Assembly: GCA_965202585.1 (NCBI GenBank)
Contig: OZ241831.1
Span: forward strand, 4,836,001-4,900,000
DNA: 64,000 nt
Direction of reading: 5' to 3'
DNA from: Thalia democratica
Lineage: Eukaryota
Shown here piece by piece: positions 25,356 through 39,100 of the stretch (position 1 is its first letter; each line of letters begins with the position of its first letter). The position numbers were made by a program, and so were the translations under genes. Under the pieces are notes generated by a model. It was not told the origin of the DNA and did not search any database. It saw only the letters and a program-made list of their open reading frames with translations.

Positions 25356-28300
25356 TTTGAATACTTAAGTTAATTAATTAATTTGAAATAATTTTTAAAA
25401 TTTTAACTAAACTAATTTGTTCTGTTTTAGATTTAATCTCATTGCAAATTAACAGCTTTAAACATGCTCAATGTGAAAGTTGTAGCTGTATTGTTACTAG
25501 AGCCTTATCCCTATTGTTTTCTTTGTTTTCGCTTTTCTCTCTCTGAAAAGTTTTTCTTTTGTACAAAAAGGGTGCAAGCTACTACAGTGACTTCATTTGA
25601 TTTTCCATATTATTTGCCATGAAACGAAACGTACAATTGAAGTTTTGTTGTTAAGCCGATCCTTAATATATTGTAAGTTATTTAAGTATGTTTAAATTAA
25701 ACACTTTAAAAAACAGTTTTGAAAAAAATTTATAAAAACATTTAATTTATTTAAGTTTATACATAAAGTTTTGTAAAATCATGCGTGTGTTTAATTTTTG
25801 CGATAAACCACCGATCGAACTTAAGTTTAATTTAATAAAACCAAAGTTTTAAGATAACTTTTAAAGATTTACGAAAAATCTGTTGCTTTATATTTTGTTA
25901 TTAGACCACTGTTTAAATCATTTAGCTGGGCGCTTTGACCGGCCCCCTTAATCTAGCTGCTTTGAAACTTAAAATGGTGACGACTTTACTGAATGAGAAA
26001 GTTGAAATTATCACATGTTTTCTGATAGTTCGTGAAAAGATAACTGTTCAGATAAAATTAGTTATACTTTTGAAATCAACCAAAATTAATTGTAAGCGTT
26101 TTTGTTGAAAGTTTTTAATTTTTACGGACTTTCTGAAAACAGTAAATCCTTATATAAAATAAAACTTCCACAAAAGAAATAGTTTTCAAACTTCATCACA
26201 TAGATTTAAACTTTTAGGTCTTTTTAGATTTTGAAAATCAAGTTTGAGAAGTTATAGTGTTTAATAAGGTGGTAAATAATGCTTTAGCTTAAAATATTTA
26301 TATGCACTGTAGAAAAACACTTTGTTTAAAAAAAAAAATAACAACAAGTTCCGTCATAGCTCTAATCTAAAACAAAAACTATTTCATAATCGCCTACATG
26401 GCAGAAGTTTGAAAAATGTTTGCTACTTTTGTTGGATACTGCCCTTTACTATTTAATCAATTTATTACATTTCGGCCATACTGGGGTAATATTGCTTACT
26501 TCGAGAAACCCAGTTTAAAGCTTTAGAAATATTACAAACAACAGGTTTAATAATTGCTGAAAGATATTGGATAAAATTTTTACATGTTAACCTTTAAAAG
26601 TTGTATTTTATGGCTGGTTTAATCAAAAATTAATTGTTATGCTTTTAGCGTACGTCAATATATCTAACCTAGCAGGCTGTAATTAAATGTTATAACGATT
26701 TTCCAACAATTTTTTACATGAGGGTTAGTCAAGCTTAAATATGCGGCCTTTTTAATTTAGCTTTTTTAACACTTATGTGAAATCTTTTAAAATAAAAAGT
26801 TTTTATGAAATACCACTTACATTAGGAAAATTGAATTACACAAGCATACTGTTTGTTTTTTTTTCATATGCCAATTTAATTTTTTTGTAACCATATTATT
26901 GTAAGTTTGGATATTGAAAAAAAAGAATTAACTTTTAAGTATAGAAAAAAAGTAACTGCCCGTAAGTTACTTTGTTATTAAATATTGGCTTTCTGTGAGC
27001 CAAGAGTCTGCGGTCTTTTTTTTTGAGAACAGTTTTGACTAGAAAAAGTCTTTTACTGGTCGAACTTTGTGGGAAGTTTTTTTAAACGCCACTATTTTGA
27101 ATAGTTTACTAAAAAAACAATAAAAAGACGTCGTAATTATAATTGTTTAAAAAGCGACAAAATAAAAACGCTCAAAATTTTCATTCCTAGGAGCTGGTGC
27201 ACGAAAATCCTTTCGGTTATCGAGTCGCACACCACGAATACCTTTTAACGTCTTGTCCAGGACTAACTAAGTAGTTGTTAAAAAAGTATCTTTTTTTAAC
27301 GGCAATTAGATTAAAATCAGTGTTGCAAAATTAAATCCTAACTTCAGATATTTTGTAAAATTTGTTTGTAGCTAAATATTTTTACAGGTCGGGTGTTTCT
27401 TCTTTTTTTAACGTCTGAACCGCGGGTCTTACTTTGCTGACGTAAGAGATGATTATCGTAATTAATATGTTATAAAGTGTGTACAAGTAATCAGTTGAAA
27501 ACTTACCGGTATGTGACAATATATACAAATATGTTTACATTTTTTTAATGTTTATACTTTTATAAAAATTAAAAAATACAAATACAAGTTTAACAATGTT
27601 TTTTGCATTTAAAAATAAATCTATAACAAAGTTATTTTTTTAAGGTTTTGTATCCCTTAAATTAAACTTCTTTTGTTGTTTTGTGTAAGAATATGTTTTA
27701 AATTACAAATTTAAATAAGATTATAAAAAAAATTATAAAAACTTTTAATATGAAGTATCTACAATTAACTTTTTAAAGATAATTAAACCTATACAGTTAT
27801 GCAAGAGGCAAATATTCATGAAGTTTAAGTTTTAATTTCAATTGTATAAGAACATAAAATGTTTTTTAAGGTTTTTAAACCATCTTGTTTTAATTATGTA
27901 GACACTTTACTTTTGACATAACTAGTTTTCTATAAAATAAAATGAGCAAAAAATATAGTTATACTTAATTTGAAAATAGGCTAGTAAAACATTTTACTCA
28001 AACTATTTTACACATTTTCAAACTAATAAATTGATAAAGTTATTTGATTAGAATTTATATTACGCAATCATACTTGTTTTAATTGTTTTTAAGATACAAG
28101 AAACAAAGGACTCTAAAGTGATTAAATTGATAACTAATTTTTACAATTAATAGTAAGCAACTAAATTAATAACTTTGTTTTAGCACATATAAGTGTTTTT
28201 TATTAGTACAAAGATTATTAGAAAGTTATAGTTATGTAAAAACATATAAAAAACTTGTTATATATAAGCCTCATTAGTATTAAACGGCTAATATGAAGCT

Positions 28301-30187
28301 AGTTTTACTGGTTTTGATTAATTCATTTTATTACTCAAACTTTCTAGTTTATAAGTTTGTGTTAAATTTATTTGGTAAAGTTATCAGTTTGAATTTATCT
28401 AGATTGTAAAAAACCTCAAAAATATTTAAACTCACTTAGTATTAATCAATTTCTTGTCAGCATTAAAATTATTTTTATTGATACAACGTAAAAATAAAAC
28501 TATTTACATTTAAATGACTTGTATTTTTGTCTAACCCTTTTAGTTAAAAAATTTAAATAAATTCAAACTTGATTTTTTATCCAGAGAAGCAATGTCCAAT
28601 GTAAAGCAATGTAAAATTAATTAATTTGTTTTAAATTTTTTTCGTAAAACTGCTTGTAGATCTTTTGTTCTAAATGTTTGAAAATTTAACTACTATTACC
28701 AGGAGTTTTCAGATTTTTTTTAAATAAAATGTTTATAATTTTATTTTAGTATACGTAACTCAAAGACACTAATAAACTTTTACCTGGTTTGTTTTAATAA
28801 CTAAATAGTCTTCTTACAAGGCTGTAAAAACAGCTTAGTTATAATATTTAATTGAATTTACAAGTTTTCAAAAAATATTTCATAAACCAATAACTTCGTT
28901 TTTTTTTTAATTCTAAGCAACCAGCATAAAAATAAAGTTTCTTTTTTAACTTGTGCTAATTTTACTTTAGTAAAATAGTTTTTTAAAGAAATAGCTTTTA
29001 ATAAAATGTAATTAGTCATATAACGTTATAAACTTTGATATTAGTAGTGTGTTTCCTTAAACTTTATATAGTAATTGAAAGATACCTAATTAGGTAAATT
29101 AGATTTTCTTCAATATAGTAATATCTTTAAATAAATCTGTTTTGTTTTCAATTACTGTATCTATTAAACATACCAGATTTTATAATATTTTAAAAATCCT
29201 TTTAATCTTCAACAGATAAATAAAAAATTTAAAACTTGCAATAAACTACTGTCTAAAAAAACTTTGAGTATAAACTATTATAAACATATGCATAATATTA
29301 ATAAATTTTAATATAGAGTGATATGAATTAACTTCTTAGGTGTTACAATAATCAAATTCAAAATAATAAGTAAAACTTTTATTTAAACTGTTTTTTAAGT
29401 GATGGACTGCTACTAATAAAGCTTTTTTATAGAATATTGTAAAAATTTCATGAAAGGATTTCTGGTACATACATTGTTTCATATTTCATGTTATAAATTT
29501 TGAGTAAAATTTTAAAAATTCTTTTCATAGAACTTACTGTAATCAATCAACATAAGTGTACGGTTTACAGCTTAAAATTTTATATCCGCTTGAAGCGCCA
29601 TTGCTATGTTTACATTCTGTTTTAGTCGGCTTTATATTCGGCAATCACGTAAAAATGAAATTCAGTAGTGAGAATTAGTGCAGTTAAAGACAACAAGCGT
29701 TGTAAGCTGTCTTTACTGTTTATATTGAGCTGTCTTTACTGTTTAAAAAGCTAATGTTTGTTTATATTGTTTTGACAATTTATTTGTTTTTGTTATTTGA
29801 TGAGATTTTTATTTTTTTTTATTAAAACAAAAATTGTTTAGTTTTTGCACGTGATATGTTACAATATTTAAAATGTGCCGGAAAAACGTCATAAAACATT
29901 CCTAGTTCATTGGAAAATCTACTAAAATGGTATTTGAATTATTTCTAGAGCATTGCACCTTAGCAAAAGCATTGTTTTTAAAAACGAAGTTAAGATTACC
30001 ATATTAGGTTATAAAGCATATTTCATGCTAATGTGCTATCTTGAGCAATAAAACACAACGCATTAAAAACGTTTATATGTTTTCTTAGGCGTTTATTTCC
30101 ATTTATATTAAAAGAAAAAAATAACAAAATATTCATTTCCGTTTAGATTATACCATAAAATTTCATTTAACTAATTTAACAAAACAA

Positions 30188-33100
30188 ATGGAAAGTTCGC
30201 TTTTGTCACGTGATAGGGTCGGGGTGCAGGATGCGGTTTTGCTGGAAAATTTCAAATCGGAACAGGAGTTCATGGACAACCTTAAGAAACGATACCACGA
30301 AAATATTATATACGTTAGTTATTATTAAACAGTAAAAGTTATGATCACAAGTTAAAATGTTAACAGCTTTTAATTTACAACCTTGTGCGGCCTTATGTGA
30401 GTTTTTCTTTAAAGTAGAAAAGTTTGAATATAATTACTATTTGTTAAACTAGCTGTAAAATATGTTTTAATTTTTTTATTTATACTTTTGATAAGTTTAA
30501 TTGATGTTTATAGTCAAAAAACATTATAACTATGATTAGCTCACTGTTGTACAATTAAAATTTATTATATCACAAGTTTTAACAAGCAGCTTTCGTTTTA
30601 CAATTCTATGCAGCTTTATTTGATTTTTTTATAAAGTTGAAAAGTTTAAAAACATTTATCATGTACTATTTAAGCAATAAACTTTATAATAATTTTTATT
30701 TATACATTCGGTAGGTTCAATCAAGAGTTTTAATCAGAAAAATGATAAATATGAGGAGTTTATTATTAAACAACTAAATTTTATTATCATAAGTTATAAC
30801 CAACAGCTTTCGGTTTACAACTCTTTGTAGCTTTTCTATTTATTTAAATAATATTTCTTATATGTTTACTTCTGCTTACTTAAGTATTTTTAACTCAGAG
30901 TTGGTTTTAAAACAAAAAAACATTATAAAAAGCGGCTAAACAACTTTTAAATTAAATTATTATTTAAAGCAATTTAAGTTACAAAAAACTAACTTACAAA
31001 CTTTAAATGTTGGGCAAAACTGAGATTTTGAACATATTGAGTAGTATATTTTTAGTTTTGCGTGATTATTATATGTTTGTTATGTAAACATAAACTGTTT
31101 ACATTAGTCATATAACGTGCTCCAAAAACATTTACATTTTGTTTAAAAAAAGTTGTATTTCTTCCTGTTGTATATTTATACTTGTTCGCTAATTAAAATG
31201 CACAATTTTTGAATTAATCTTATTTTTAAAACTAAACTTTCATTTTTATTGATTTTTCTTAGAAATTTGCTGAAAGGTTAAGAGCCACATAAAACTTAAA
31301 GGTTACACATGATGCCTTTTCTTTTTGTTTAAAATTATTTATTTTGTTAGCTACTACAGTCATGTTAAATTTATTACTCAGATTAGCCTTGTAATTTTTA
31401 ATTTTAAGTGTATTTAAATGTTTCTCAGTTAATACAAAATACAAGTTAATGCTCATAAAACAACAGTTTTTTTTATTATCAAATTCACAATAAATGTTGA
31501 AAATATAAACTCACAGACTTACATCGGTTCCGTGCTGATATCGGTGAATCCGTACAAAAACCTGAAAATATACAGTGATGAAGACATCAAACAGTATCAA
31601 GGGTGCACTTTGTACGAAAATCCACCCCATGTGTGAGTTGTTTGTTTTAATGGCAACTTAGTATCTTCTACATTATGACAATTTTTTGTTTGTTTTTTGA
31701 ATAAAATTACTCGAGCTTGACAGTTTCTAATCTATTTCATGTTTGTTTAATTCAAGTCCATGGTGTTAAAAATCAATATTTTGAAATTATCTCATATACA
31801 TGATATTAAACGCTTTCAAAATGTCACTAGTTTCAACGCCACTCTTTATTTATTAGTGGTTTAACAGTTTTCAAAACCAGTATTCTTTTAGGTTTCAATT
31901 AGTGAAAAATTAACAATCTTGTTTAAATTTTCGAAAAATATTAAACAGTTTTGCAACTTTTAAAACATTTGGTATGTTTCAAACTCAACCATTTCTGCAT
32001 ACTTTTGTGTACAGTTTTAGCAGTGGTTGTAAATATAGTTAAAAAAAATCTCTCGCAAACTTTTACGACATCTTCGCGATTTCGGACACGGTGCATCATA
32101 AGAACGATTTGATAATTTTCCAACTTAAAAAAATATGTAGCAGCTTTCAAACTCGACCGATTTTCTTAAATTTTAATTCATTCTGTTTACTTTTTCGAAA
32201 AGTCTTACTGGCGGTTATAAAAGTGGCAATTCTGGCGTTTTTTTTATTTAAAATCCCCCAACAGCTTCGCGATATCGGACACAGTGTTTTAGAAAAATGA
32301 CTTAACAATTTTCAAACTCCTAAAAAACTAGCAACTTTTGGTTTAAACGAATACATTTTATCCTGTAACGTTTTTGTAAAGTCTTACTGGCGGTTATAAA
32401 AAAGCTTTCGGCAAAGTGGCAATTCAGGCGTTTTCATTTTATTTACTAAATAGTTTTGCGACTTCCAAAAAATTTGGTATACTTCAATTTCAACTACTTC
32501 TGTATACTTTTTGCGTAAAGCCTAACCAGTAGTTGTAAAAATGTTTTGAACAAAACAACGATTCTGGCGTTTTTTTAATTTTTATTTAATTCAATTTTCA
32601 TTTTATTTTAAAATCCCCCAACAGCTTCGCGATATCGGACACGGTGTTCAGGGCGATGCAGGACGAGAACCGGGATCACTGCATCCTCATCTCGGGGGAG
32701 TCCGGATCCGGGAAGACCGAGGCTTCCAAGTACATACTGCGCCACCTGTCGGCCTGCTCGAGCGCGACCTCCGGTGACGAGTCCCGCGTCATCAACCAGC
32801 AGCTCGTCCAGTCGAACCCCATACTCGAGGTTTGAAAATATTTCTAAAAATAACATGAAAAAAATTTCATACATATATTTTTTTTTGATATAACTTTTAT
32901 TAGTTTTATATTGTTTTATATAGTTTTATATAAACATTATTTTAATATTTTTATATATTTTTATATATATTGTGAATGTATACTCGAGGTTTCGATTTAT
33001 TAAAAAACTAACTACTAACTTTTTTTTTTAATTTAAACAACCTTAAAAATAGCATTTCATTTGTTTAAAAGTATAATTAAACTGAAATGGTTTCTTTTTT

Positions 33101-36100
33101 TTAATTATAACCGTCTCCCATACTAGAGTTTGGTTTGAAATTTATTCATTGAAAACTTGAAGTTGTGAGTAAAACTACCGAGAATTTTTTTTACTATAAA
33201 AAACTTTCGTTTTATTTCTTGTGTGTTGCATGCATACTTTAAACTCAATCATAGCTTTTATCTTTACTATTTGTTTAAAATTGAACATAACACTTGAGAT
33301 AGTAATCGTTTATTAAAATAACCTAGTTTTATTTTTTAAAACGACTAACTTAAAAAATTAAGTTTGTTAAGTACAAGAAATAAGTTTTATTAAACACTTT
33401 TATAATTTTTTAAAACTTGCTGTAAAATTTAACTTTGCTATAAAAAAGTTTTATCTTAAGTAACAACATTCAGATTTTTTAATCAGTTTATATTTTCAAA
33501 GGCATTTGGAAACGCAAAAACACACCGTAATGACAATTCGTCAAGGTTTGGAAAGTATATGGACGTCAGATTCGATTTTAAAGGTTCTCCTATCGGTGGC
33601 AACATACTCAACTATTTGCTTGAAAAATCAAGAGTGGTTAGTAGAACAACTTACACTTTTATTTTCTTTGCTTTGCGTTTAAATTGACCGAAATCATCGA
33701 TTTATTTGTTTTTCATCTTAATGTTTACTATACGAAACCAAAACTACAAAACTTTGCACTTATACCTTAAAATACATGTACAAACATAAGTTGAAAGAAT
33801 ATTTTAAAATTTCTAATGATCTTTTGTTGGATTGATATTTTAACTTTTCTCTCGCTCTAACTACAAAAATTGGACTATCTCTGCTAGTTTAAATTTATTT
33901 TACAATTTTCGTTCTTTTCTAGGTGCATCAAGCGAAGGGAGAAAGAAACTTCCACATCTTCTACCAGTTCCTCCAGGGCGCGGAGGACTCCGTGTTATCT
34001 AGTTTGGGGCTTACCCGCGACTGCGACTATTACTACTACACCTCGCAAGTATTAAAAATTTGTATTTTAAATAAACATATATATAACTATTCAATTAAAG
34101 GTTGTTACTGTACATAAGTGTTTCGTTATTTACGGACTCATCAAATAAACTAAAATTATAATAAAAAATTACATGTAAGAATAAATAAAGTTATCTATTT
34201 TTTTATTTTCAAGGGTAAGTGCGCACAAGAGAATTCTTCAAACGACGCAAAAGATTTCAAAGCCATCAAAAAAGCGTTGAAGGTGTTCAAATTCGAAAGC
34301 GACACAATGAAAGTGAGTAACCTAGTACTCTTTATTTTTGAATACTTTTTTTTTTATTTTTGAATACTTGTTTCTTTATTTTTTAATACTTACTATTTTT
34401 TTATTTTTGAATACTTGTTTTTTTATTTTTGAATACTTGTTTTTTTATTTTTGAGTACTTGTTTTTTTATTTTTGAATACTTGCCTTTTATTTTTGAATA
34501 CTTGTTTTTTTATTTTTGAATACTTGTTTTTTTATTTTGAATATTTGTTTAAAAAGTACTTACATTTAAAGGATTTATTCACCGTTCTCGCATTCATCTT
34601 ACGTCTGGGAAACATCAACTTTGTTGAAGACGAAAACGGATCCGTGCAAGTCGAAGACGCAAACCAGGCCGAAGATCTTTCCAAAGTAGTTTAGACAACT
34701 TTTAATACATTTTAATTTGTATGTAAAATTTTGCAAACGAAAATAAAACTTTATGTAAAAAAAAAATCTTTTGTGTCTCATAACTGTTCGTGCGTTTCTG
34801 AAGTTATTTTTTTTACGAACATCACAGCTCATCGGCTGTCACGCGGACGAGCTGCCCCAGTCGGTCACGCACCGGTCCATAGTGACGAGGAACGAGACGG
34901 TGAGCTCCCCGCTGAGCAGGGAGCAGGCCCTGTACGCGAGGGACGCGCTCTCGAAGGCCATCTACGGGAGGCTGTTCGATTGGCTGGTCGTGCAGCTCAA
35001 CAAGGGTTTCGCGAAGAAGGTGAGTTGTTTATTTCATATTTGTGAAATAGTGTTGTAAAAAACATGTAAGATGTTAAACAGTTGGATTTTATGTAGTTAG
35101 AAGCATAAAATAGAATTACTAGACCATGACTTAATTCATTTTGAAGTTTTCTATTAGGCTAACTTGTGTGGTTATTTGAGTTTTAAATGAATCCCATAGT
35201 TTTTCAAGTACAACCGAGTAAATTTTTCTCAGACTAACTTTTATTTATTAATTTCGCGAAGAAGGTAAGTTATTTTTCATTTCATATTTGTGGAAAAATG
35301 CAGTAAAAAACATATAAGATGTTGAACAATTGGTTTTTATGTAGTTATAAGCCTAAAATAGAATTACTAAACCATGTACTTAATTCATCTTAAAGTTTTG
35401 ATTAAGCTAACTTGTGTGGTTATTTGAGTTTTAAATGAATCATATAATACTTTAAAAACAACCGAGTAACTTTTTCCCAGGAACTAACTTTTATTTATTA
35501 ATAGAAAAAAGGTCCAAGGAGCAACTTGATCGGGTTACTGGACATCTACGGATTCGAAATATTCGACACGAACAGTTTCGAGCAGCTGAGCATCAACTAC
35601 TGCAATGAAAAGTTGCAGCAACTCTTCATAGAATTGACACTCAAGCAGGAACAAGAGGAATACTTCAACGAAAACATACAAGTTTGTGATTGATTTTATA
35701 TTAGTTGATGTGTTTTAAAGTTATAATTTAATTTTTTGATATTTTTTTATTTGACAATTTTTTTATCTAATTTTTTCTTCTCATATATAATTTTCAAATC
35801 AAAAACTTGTATAGTTTTTAAAGCATTTTGTTGTTAACTGAAGATCTCTTTTTTAATTAAGCATTGTTTTGAAAAAAACTCTTAAAATACTAGAAATTAG
35901 ATTTAATTCAAGAATGAAATTAAAAAAATTATTTTTCCATTATACATTCCACAGCCATTTAAATAATAACAAATGAATTTCAGTGGGAGCCAGTGAAGTA
36001 CTTCAACAACAAGGTGATATGCGACCTGATCGAGCAACGTCACAAGGGGATAATCGACATCCTGGATGAGGAGTGCTTGCGTCCCGGTGACGCGACAGAC

Positions 36101-39100
36101 TCCACTTTTCTCAACAAGCTCTCAGCCACCATCGGCGCCAACGAGAGATTTGTCACGTTAGTAAAATTTATGTAGATTTGTCACGTGAGTAAAAATTCAT
36201 GTAGATTTGTCACGTGAGTAAAAATTTATTAGAAAATTCTTGTTGGTTTGTTGAAAGATGTTTGTTATTTTTTTTTTGTTTGTTTACACTGTCGTTAGTT
36301 TGAAACTTGTGTGTTAAGTTTAAAGATAATTAAAATATTGGTCTCAAAAATCAACCAAAAATTTAGATAAGTTTGTTTTTTTGGTGTAACGATTAAAGTG
36401 TTTTAAATTACAAAAATGAGATAAAAATAAAATATAAGGTAGTTTTTTTATAATTTATTTAATTTTTTCTTGTACATTAAAACTTGCAACAAGTATTAGT
36501 ATTAAAAAAGGTTAATTTGAATGGAAGCAACTTTCGTTCTGTAAAATTTTATAACAAAAAACTTTAACGAATAGTTGGTAATATATTTTGTAAGAATTTA
36601 ATAACATTAAATTTATTCCACAGCCATAAACTTGCGGACGCGAAAGTTCGCAAAACTCTCAAATACGACGAGTTCAGGCTGCAGCATTACGCGGGAAACG
36701 TGACGTACAACGTAACTAGTAAGTCGATTGTTACGTCATAAGTGGTCGAGCGCTTCGAAGTTTTTATGAATAAAATTTCACACTTTGCTCACTTATTTAA
36801 AGTTGATTTGAGCCAAACTTTGGCTTTACATTTTTATATGTTCTTGACTTTTTGAACTTTAAAAGTTTGTTTAAAACAATATTTTTTAAGCTAATTACTT
36901 TAAACATGTTTAAAATCTTTTTGTTTGTTATGAAAACATAAAAAAAGCTGAAACATCTGCAATCTTTTTTAAGCAAAGCTTTGTTTATAAATACTTTTTG
37001 ATTTTTAAACTATGATGAAATACCGTATAAATATATTTATAAACATTTTTTACTTAATTTTTTTTTACTGTCATAGTAAGATATACAGTTAGGCGTCAGA
37101 ATTAAATATTAATGATTACTAAAAAGTTTTCTAAAACCTAAGTTTGCTTTTTTCATCATTTGAAACATACGGTATAAAGTGTAAAATTACTGTTCGTATT
37201 TAAATTATATTTATAGCTTAATGTAAAAAATAAGAAGTGTAAATACTGTTGAAATTTAAAAGTTTTAACTTGCTTTAGCATAAGCGAAATAGTTTTAAAA
37301 CACAGCTTTTTTTTTAATTGATAAAAATTTTGATTCTGTTGCTTGTATTTAAATAAAATAATGATAATTAAAAAATCAATATAAATTTTAAAACTAACCT
37401 TTTTTTATTGTTAATAAAGCTAAAATAACTTTATACATAACTAGTTAAAATGTTACAATACGTTTATTAAGAATTTCAACAACATTTTTGTGCATTAAAA
37501 AGTGTTAATTTCATTCAATCTAAAAACATTTATTTAACAGAATTTCTCGACAAAAACAACGACTTGCTGTACAGAAATTTGAAAGAAATGCTGACGAAAT
37601 CCAACAACAAAATTGTCAACGAAATGTTCACTTTGGAAGAACTTCAAAGGTAAGAGTACCGGCTGCAAAAACCACAAGTGGCATTGCAATTATAAAATGC
37701 AGCATTTATCGTATTATTTAAATTAAGCATTTTTATGCATATTTTAAGAATATAACTACCAATAAAGTTTTTTTAAATACACTGTTTGATTTTTTTATTT
37801 TTTAATTTAAACTAACAGAAAAAAGAGAAAAAATTTAAATTACATTATGTTTTTTCTAAGCATGTTTAAAGGATTTTATTGTCATTAAAGCTATGACGTT
37901 TTTTTAATGTTTTTAAAGCGTATAGTTAAGTATAACATGTATAAAATAAAGAATGTATTTTCAGAAAGAAGAGGCCAGAGACGGTGGGAACCCAGTTCAG
38001 AAGATCCCTGAACGATCTGATGAAGATACTGATGTCCAAGGAGCCTTCTTATGTGAGATGCATAAAACCTAACAACACAAAATCTTCAAGTGAGATGTTG
38101 TTTGATGTAATACTTTGTATGAATACAATGAAAACTACATTACTATGCAAAATACCGTTATTCTAGCTAAAGGTTCAGAAGTAAAGCATACAAATGCAAT
38201 ATTGCAATTGTATGATTAATCATTTTATGTTTAATAAACATTTTTTAAAATTAAAACTGTTTGTTTAAACAATTTTTACTGAGTGTAATAAAAAACTGCT
38301 TACTGCTGAAAATTAACAAGTAATTAATTAAAAACAGTTTATAATAAATTTAAAAATTTCGTCTGACAAACTAAATTCTAAGTTTTTTTATTGTTTAAAG
38401 TAAAATAATATAGAGTTTTACTACTAAAAACATTGGTATGTCAAAAATGATATCTAGTTGTTTTGTTTTTCTTTCATGATATGTAAAAAAACAGACTTTC
38501 TTTTTGTTAAAGTTACTTGCAACTGTATACTTTAAACGTTAATTTTTGAATAATTTTATTCTTATAAAATATTGTATTGAAAAGGCATACATTAAACTTG
38601 AAAAAAAAGCTTACACAATACTCCTAACATAATTATTTCATTTGATATTTAAAAGGATTCAAATGTGTCGAGTTTCATAATTATTATAAGTGCCTAAAAA
38701 AGTGTTCTCACACTAATTTTAAGTAATATGATTTATTTATATACAACTTATACTTTTACTTAAGATACAACGAAACTTTAATTGTTTAAAAATGTGTTTA
38801 ACGTACTGTTAAATTTCATATTAAAAACTTGATATTTTTTTATTTTATTCAAATGTTTTTATTCTAAAACAACTTTTTGTAAATGACTAAAGAGTACAGC
38901 TTTACGCGGCAAAGCTGTTGATAAAACTATAAATAATTTATAAGAAATCGTAATTTTATGTAAAAACGATTACAAGTAAGCACAAACAGATTATCAAACT
39001 ATTTATAAAAAAAATAGTGTACCACTTTATTTTTTTAAACAAAACATTTATTTCTAAGCTGTTTAAAATAAAAAAATGTTACTCATTTGTTTTTAAAGAA

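Noticed and set aside
25356-30187. Bidirectional promoter linking NWD1 and MYO1C
   Set aside because: The head-to-head orientation is real, but the start codons are ~4.8 kb apart and TSSs cannot be placed from sequence. A CRE-like TGACGTAA near 27438 alone is not enough evidence.
36146-36231. CRISPR-like short direct repeats
   Set aside because: Eukaryotic spliceosomal gene context, head-to-tail units with no unique spacers, and no cas genes.
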